A DNA stretch of 64,000 nt from contig OX597814.1 in NCBI GenBank assembly GCA_951406725.2, forward strand, positions 146,816,001 through 146,880,000, written 5' to 3'. This document shows, piece by piece, positions 56,588 through 64,000 of this stretch. This stretch comes from Octopus vulgaris (lineage: Eukaryota). Both the position numbers and the translations under genes were made by a program. Positions within the stretch are counted from its first letter, which is position 1, and each line of letters starts with the position of its first letter. Below the pieces are notes generated by a model. The model had not been told where the DNA came from. It ran no database searches and worked only from the letters and a program-made list of their open reading frames with translations.

Positions 56588-57229
56588 TTGAAATTTATAG
56601 AAGAATATAAGACGAAACAGCTATACGAACAACAAACAAGTGTAATGGTTTGACGCTCGGGTAAAATGAAAAATTATTTTACGTTTCGAGACTATGCTCT
56701 TCAGCAGAAATGAATCAGATGAAATAAACAGAAAGAGAATAAGAATAAACGTGTAGAAATCAGCAGTGTTGGATGGCAAATATTTGGAAAAAAGGAAAGG
56801 TTGCAAGAAAGGCAGGTAATAATAAAACAAGATAGTGAATGAAAGGGCGATAATATATGTTTTTGCAGTCATTTTCGATCATTTGTCATTTAATTTGATT
56901 ATCGAGTCATTGGAAGGCGCAAAAATTAGCGCCATGAAGTGAGTCATTCAAATTCCTTTCTCAATCATTCAATTTCGCGCTTCAGTCAAGGAATTTAACA
57001 TTTACATCACCCGAATTAAAATGCCCGTCAACAGCATTCAAATTAATCGGAATGCGAGGAAGCGTCAGTTCGAGCATTCAAATTCGCATGTGTGTATTCG
57101 AGTTTATAATAATTTATTCATTTTCTTATGACTAATCTTAAATGTGTGTTTTTACTCGCGTTCTAAAAAATGAATTTAAATGACATGTTTTGTCATGCAA
57201 ACTTTATTATGTGAAGGTAGTACAAAAAA

Positions 57230-57630
57230 TGGACAAAAGGCTTGAAGAAAAACAGAGCTTCGCATTGACCATGACCGAGAAATTTCTCATGGCGATACCT
57301 GCTCAGAGGCTTACGCAATGTTGCCGAAAGTGTATGGAGAGGAGTGTATGAACCGCCAAAAAGTGTACGAGTGGGTTAGACATTTGCAAGATGGCCGAAG
57401 TATGTCAATATTAACGAACATTCTGGGAGAACCGCAACCAGTTGAACTGAGAAAAATATCGGAGACACGTGTGAAGCCGTGGGGGGAAATCGTCAAATCA
57501 CCATCCATTTGTTATCAGAAGATGTGAATATTAGTTAGGGTTCAGTTCAATCCATTATCACTGAACAATTGAGTATGAGACGCGCGTCTGCCATGTACAT
57601 GCCACATTCTAGTTTCAGCTGATCAAAATA
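57230..57630 (+). mobile_element. Mariner transposase N-terminal (HTH) fragment
   Basis: EAYAMLPKVYGEECMNRQKVYEWVRHLQDGR..EHSGR, then VQSIITEQLSMRRASA. Confidence 0.8.
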
Positions 57631-58058
57631 ATTCAGTGCATTTAATTCAACATTGCTTTATTTCTTAATTTGTGGAAGTAAACTGGAAAGACACAACAAT
57701 AATATCACAAAAATGACAACAGGGATCTCAGAAGTTCTTAATATTTAGTACAGTTTTCTTAACTGTGCTTTACTTTTTGTGTTTTGCCGTGTATTAATTT
57801 TGCTTTCCGTTAATAAAATTAATCTAGATTTACAGTCCACTCAATACAAATTTGTTGAGTGGACTAGGTACCTAAAATGATGTCAGATGTAGTACATTAT
57901 AATAATTCCTTGATATGAATATATGGGTACCGGTGGATAAATATGTCTGAAGATATATTCTTAGAGCTGTAACAGCACTCTATATACTGTATATACACTC
58001 AACAAATCCCCATCCATCCAACCAGCAAGCGAGCAAGCCATCCATCCATCTGTCTAAC

Positions 58059-58980
58059 TACTCAACAAATGCAGCAGTTATTCTATGCAAGAGTTCTTAA
58101 TTTGCATACCGAAAATGTTTAACAATTTATAAACTGTTTAAATACTCAACAAATGCAGAAGTTATTCCATGAAGGAGTCCCTAATTTGCAAAACGAAATT
58201 TTTAACACTCTATAAACTGTATATATACTCAAGAAATGCAGCAGTTATTCTATGCAGGAATTCCATAATTTGCTTACCGAAAATTTTTAACACTCTATAA
58301 ACTGTATATATACTCAACAAATGCAGTAGTTAATCTACGAAGGAGTACCTTATTTGCATACCGAATAATTTTAACCCCTCTATAAATTGTGTAAGTACTC
58401 AACCAATGCAGCAGTAATTCTATGACGGAGTCCCTAATTTGCATACCGAAAAATTTTAACACTCTATAAACTGTATATTTACTCAACAAATTCAGCAATT
58501 CTTCTACGAAGGAATCCCTAATTTACATACCGAAAATTTTAACCCCTCTATAAACCGTTTAAATACTCAACAAATGCAGCGGTTATTCTATGAAGGAGTA
58601 CCAAATTTGCATACCAAAAATGTTTAACACTCTTTAAACTCTATATATACTCAACAAATGCAGCAGTCATTCTGCTAAGGAATCCCTGATTTGCATACCG
58701 AAAATGTTTAGCCACTCTAAAAGCTGTTTAAATACTCAACAAATGCAGCGGTTATTCTATGAAGGAATCCCAAATTTGCATACCGAATATGTTTACCACT
58801 CTATAAATGGTATATATACTCAACAAATGCAGCAGTTATTCTATGAAGGAATCTTTAATTTGCATACCAAAAAATTTTTAACACTCTAAAAACTGTATAT
58901 ATACTAAACAAATGCAGCAGTTATTCTATGAAGGAGTCCCTAATTTGCATACCGAACTTTTTTAATCTCTCTATAAACTG
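58059..58980. repeat. Minisatellite, 11 units of 83-85 bp
   Basis: The ACTCAACAAATGCAGCAG anchor (with variants) occurs at 58060, 58144, 58227, 58312, 58397, 58481, 58565, 58649, 58734, 58818 and 58903. Confidence 0.95.
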
Positions 58981-59617
58981 AGGGCGAGTTGATCATTGAT
59001 TATTCAGCTACATGTTTCAAAACCATTATAGTTATGATCGTTATTTTCTTTTGCATATATCCTTCATTTTATTATGCAATGTAACGTTCTGTTTTTCAAG
59101 TACATAGATTGCAATTTGATTCTGATACGGCTGGATATCCAGCAGACTCTTTGAGTTCAAATATAAATTCAGATATAAAGCTCCCTATTTGAAGTGTATT
59201 TTATAGCTACCGAAATTGTTGCTTTGTGGCTACTGGAGTTTAATTTTTGCCGCTGCTGTAAAATTATTAGGTGTGCTTTCATTGTTTAATACAGTCAGAG
59301 AGTTTATGGAATACATTTCAGCTATGATCAAACAATTCATATCTCCGTTGTCAATGCAATACATATTTACGTAACTGGGTGGTATTTGTAGCATTTCTGC
59401 CTTTCATGTAGAGGGTCTTCAGTTGAATGTTTCACATATGATAATTTATTGTGTTGTCAAGAAGAATTTAGTTCATGCAATGCATATTATTCGGTTTCGG
59501 TATTAACAGCGCTCGGGTATCATTTTTTTTTTGTCTGGTGAAATTGTTTATGATTTTATGTAGAACTTCATGAAGATGCTTCACACACACGCACGCGCAT
59601 GTATGTATAATGTATTA

Positions 59618-59671
<54 letters not shown>

Positions 59672-59766
59672 ATCTGCATATATATATACAAACACACACT
59701 CATAAAAAACGTTCCTTATTGTATCATTTTATTATGAAAAATTCATCAAAAAATTTCTCTGTCATT

Positions 59767-59861
<95 letters not shown>

Positions 59862-60784
59862 TTATCGTGTTAATTTCTGTACATTCTTAGTATTTATTTT
59901 ACAAAGATCGCTATAAATTTTATATATGCATTTTATTTAGATAAAAATGTATCACTCAAAAACTATATACGTTTACCTAAAATATGACTTTCATGTATAC
60001 TAAGTAGAGAAATTTTTAGAAAAATTCTGAAAATGAAATAAAAAATTTGCGGAAAAAATAGTAATTTCTATAGGTACGTTGTCGATGCTCACTTCCCAAT
60101 GTACCTGCCAAACATGAATCTCTGCAGAAGTTTAAAGATACAAAATAAATAAATAGAATAAACAACACACTCCAGGCAGTTTGTGTTCCAAAAGGAATAA
60201 CAGTGTATACAAGCACAACTATATAAAAGTACTTGACATGAAACTCATATGATTTCGGCAATAAAAAAATGATGTAATAAAGTTGTACTATACTATGTAA
60301 ATATGACAATAGCAACGATTGTATTATAATGAATAATGGCTACACCAGAAAGAACTGTAAAGGACTAATAGGAAAGTACGAAAAAAAATTAGTATAGGAT
60401 GTAAAACACGAGCACAGTTATGTTGTACAAACAGACAAACAGACACACGCACACACACATACACACACACACGTATACACACATGCACACACACAGACAT
60501 ATATCATGTGTCTGTTTGTGTGTGCATTTAGTCATGTATACATTTTTGTATATATGAATGTATGAGTTTGTAAGAAAATTTACATATATGTATATTCATA
60601 GAATTTTAACGCCGAAAATAACTATAAAATAAAAATCCAACAGGAGCATTGTCATACATCCGACCATATATGAAAAAGGAAAACGAAAACGAAACTTTGC
60701 ACGACAGAAATAAAAACAAAGCATGCTACAGTGTTTAGGATATAACTTCTTAAACTCTACATAGATGATTAGAATATAGAAATA

Positions 60785-61166
60785 ATAATTTCTACTCTAT
60801 TTGGGGGAGGGGAGCCAGTCGATTAGATCGACACCAGTACGCAACTGGTACTTATTTAATCGACACCGAAAGGATGAACGGCAAAGTCGACCTCGGCGGA
60901 ATTTGAACTCAGAACGTAACGGAAGACGAAATACCTATTTCTTTACTACCCACAAGAGGCTAAACACAGAGAGGATAAACAAGGACAGAGAAACGGATTA
61001 AGTCAATTATATCAACTCCAGTGCGTAGCTGGTACTTATTCAATCGACCCCGAAAGGATAAAAGGCAAAGTCGACCTCGGCGGAATTTGAAATCAGAACG
61101 TAGCGGCAGACGAAATACCGCTAAGCATTTCGCCCGGCGTGCTGACGATTCTGCCAGCTCGCCGCC
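60785..61166 (-). mobile_element. SINE family B, young copy with an internally duplicated body and a 16-bp TSD
   Basis: rc head GGCGGCGAGCTGGCAGAATCG. The body is repeated (60825-60938 versus 61000-61118). TSD TTAGAATATAGAAATA at 60769-60784 and 61167-61182. Confidence 0.92.
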
Positions 61167-62168
61167 TTAGAATATAGAAATATTGAAAACAATCTGCAAG
61201 TGGAATTCCTACATTCAAAGAGAAATTTTAGCAAATATCTATTCTTATTGTTATTCATACTTTACAAATTTCTATTTCAATTTGAGTGACAAATCTCAAT
61301 GAAATATATTTTTGCCCTCAAACACCACAATTTGCTCATATGCAATGATATTCTAAATATTCGAGGTATATTTTAGTTAGGGGAAAAAATTATCGTATGT
61401 TTTCCTCTTAGAGCAGAAATTAGCAGCATACGTAAAGGTTCAGTGGTGGAAAGAAACTGATCATAGATACACAAAAACATAAAAAATAAAAAATAAAAAA
61501 GGATATATAAAAAGTCATATATTCAAAAAATATTTCATGAAATCAAAAGAAAATCTCATGAACAAGCGTATGGCACATGTACATATATGTGTGTGTGTGT
61601 ATGTGCACGTGTAATGCTAAGTGATCATCCAAGTATGTGTTCGGCACACTTAAAGTGTACTCGACGAGCTGGTCATGACAAATCTTTGCCTGTGAGGACA
61701 GTAGACGAACATCTGGATTTAGATGTGTGGTATGATTCTGGGTGGTACAAATTTATAATTACTATTCTTTTCCATTCTAAACTAAAGTCTGCATTCAATT
61801 TAGGTCTCTATTCAGGTTAGGTCTCCGCTTTAATCGCACTTTTACCAATGTTACGTCATTGCTGGATTGCAAAACGGATGGCACTTCACTCATTTGGGTT
61901 TTTCTCACAAGATATTAGGTGATATATTCCCTCATACCTTACATTTGCGTAAGTCGGCAGTGGTACTTTCAAGGAACTACTAGGAGAGAACTCAAGCAAT
62001 TTATTCCATTCAGCAATTTTCAATAAATGTTGATTAACTTTCCCATCTTTCGGTAACATAATTCAGCTGTTATGAGACACATACGTACACACACACACGC
62101 GCGCGCGCGCGCACACACACACATAAACACACACATACGTAAAGTTATCAGGTAAAAGGGAAGAATAG

Positions 62169-62217
<49 letters not shown>

Positions 62218-62816
62218 AGGCGCCTTGCATAGGAATACTGTCGCTTTGCTAAGTCTTTCGTATAGTATTCATTTCAGTATACAAGAGATTATGCATACAT
62301 GTTTGCAATAATTTCAGAATATACCGTTATAATGTATAATGTTGACATACATATTAATTCAAACCATACGCTAGATTTCTTCACACTGAATTTAATATTG
62401 CATGAAGAATGAAATCAGATGGTTATATATATATAATCAACTCTCATACCGTCTGATGTTCTGTTTGTGTATACTCCACATAGAATAAATTCTTCACTCA
62501 AATTTTCGAGATATTTACTGACATAGATATTCTAAATTACAACACTTTGTAATTAATTAATTTGTACTTAATTACTAGTTTAACTGATATACGAGTCCTT
62601 AACACTGTAGTTAATTTGTTAGCCGGACGTTTCTTAGATTCCATGTCTTATATTACTCAATGATACGCACACACACCCATTTATGTGTGTGTGTATGTGT
62701 GTGTGTGTGTGTGTGTGTTACAGATAAGGAAGTAAATTTCGAATGCAGTGTAGCTGTAAAACCAACAGAAAAATATAGGGTACATATCCTTAGAAGACGG
62801 GATCAAAGTCGCCAGT

Positions 62817-62892
62817 AGGCGCCTACGAGGGATCGAACCTCACATTTGTGAGATATTTGCTCAGTGCTCTAAACTATTACGTAAAGCGACCC
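62817..62892 (-). pseudogene. tRNA-like sequence in the left MITE arm
   Basis: rc GGGTCGCTTTACGTAATAGTTTAGAGCA-CTGAG-CAAATAT-CTCAC-AAATG-TGAGG-TTCGATC-CCTCG-TAGGCGCC. T-arm/B-box and anticodon arm are recognisable. Confidence 0.6.
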
Positions 62893-63001
62893 CTAACAAC
62901 GATCACCTTCAGTTTTAATGCTAAATAATAGTTGGAGAACATCTTGTAAGCAAACTTTGGAAGCTCCGAATGTGTTGGTATCTATCATGAAATTGTTGCC
63001 A

Positions 63002-63077
63002 GGTGTTGCTTACCTTACTGATTTAGAGCACTCAGCCGGTAAATGACGAATACGGGTTCAATAACTTGTAGGCGCCT
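63002..63077 (+). pseudogene. tRNA-like sequence in the right MITE arm
   Basis: ...TTTAGAGCA-CTCAG-CCGGTAA-ATGAC..CGGGTTCAAT..TAGGCGCC; more degenerate than the left unit. Confidence 0.5.
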
Positions 63078-63233
63078 GCTGGCAAATGCTTTTCGAGTCA
63101 CCGAAGTTTAAATCCCTAAAGTTTTTCTGCTGTTTTCACAGCTATATTGCATTCGAAATTTACTTCCTTTTCTATAAAATACCAGCAGCATGGACGATTC
63201 CAAAGTTTGTTTGTGTACATATATATATGTGTT

Positions 63234-63400
<167 letters not shown>

Positions 63401-63578
63401 TTCTTCTATTTTTTAAATTATCATAAATCTTACACTGAGGGCGGGTGTAGTTAACGCAGACAAATTCGCATTTGGAACGTGATAAAATTCTTACGTATGT
63501 TTACTGTTCTACTCACAAATTGCACACGTAATGTACAAATCAGCCGGTCTATTTCTGTTTCTGATAATTCCATTTTAT

Positions 63579-64000
63579 TCAGATTTTACTTTTGGCATTT
63601 ACTAACAGAAAACCTAGCGCGCCAATTATTATTGGTATGAATATGAATTCATAGTCTGGATATAGAAGTTGTAGGTTTCGGAGCGGTTCTCCATAGACAT
63701 CTTCTTTTTCTTGGATTTCCAATGAGACATTTATATCTGCAGGACAGCTGACCTCTATGATTGTACATAACGTTGCCTCTCTGTCCCAAACAAAAATATC
63801 CAGCTTGTTATGTTTATATTTGACAGAAGTTTGATGAGAATATTCCACCAGTATTCCTTGAGTTGGTGTTTATGACTGTATTCCATAACAGTTGGATTTT
63901 CTAAGTTTATTTCAGGACAGTATGTTTTTTAGGATGTCATTGTAAATTATTTCAGCAACAACACCGTGCAACATAGAGATGTAGTACCGTGACGACATTT
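63579..64000 (-). mobile_element. R4/Dong-like non-LTR retrotransposon C-terminus (restriction-like endonuclease); runs off the window end
   Basis: rc: MSSRYY..LHGVVAEIIYN..YWWN..HNKLDIFVWD....CTIIEVSCPADIN....EKEDVY..L...IPIIIGALG, with frameshifts. Confidence 0.82.

Larger units (their letters stand above)
62721..63174. mobile_element. TA-flanked MITE (Tc1/mariner-type termini) with long inverted arms containing tRNA-like units
   Basis: TA|CAGATAAGGAAGTAAATTTCGAATGCAGTGTAGCTG ... CAGCTATATTGCATTCGAAATTTACTTCCTTTTCTA|TA. Inverted similarity continues inward for about 170 bp. Confidence 0.85.

Noticed and set aside
56147-56653. 168-aa ORF
   Set aside because: Composition reflects AT-rich noncoding DNA, it runs through (TA)n/(GA)n, and it has no domain signature.
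58059-58980. 84-bp period suggests a C2H2 zinc-finger array (28 aa) or a CRISPR array
   Set aside because: No CxxC..H...H or TGEKP in the frames I translated, units vary from 83 to 85 bp and break frame, and there are no unique spacers or cas genes.

Overview
AT-rich, microsatellite-dense eukaryotic DNA, intergenic or intronic. I can support no intact host gene; most ORF-track hits are (TA)n/(CA)n/(TATC)n artefacts. The tRNA-derived SINEs resemble those I recall from Octopus genomes, so a cephalopod origin is inferred but not verified. The window is mostly transposon-derived. Retroelements: a 5'-truncated Penelope-like element (RT + GIY-YIG) ending in a well-formed hammerhead ribozyme, several decayed Penelope remnants (one with a second hammerhead), CR1-type, RTE and R4-type LINE fragments, and two SINE families. 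DNA elements: a non-autonomous Helitron, pogo and mariner fossils, and nested MITEs. There is also an 84-bp minisatellite. The most unusual observations are: (1) a TA-flanked MITE whose long inverted arms each carry an outward-facing tRNA-like unit (62721-63174); (2) a hammerhead with a long branched stem II (6552-6632); (3) two abutting fold-back duplications centred on (TA)n tracts (19558-20459); (4) a LINE and a SINE family sharing a 3' stem-loop; (5) an in-frame Asn-rich linker between the Penelope RT and endonuclease. All alignments and folds were done by eye, so boundaries are approximate.
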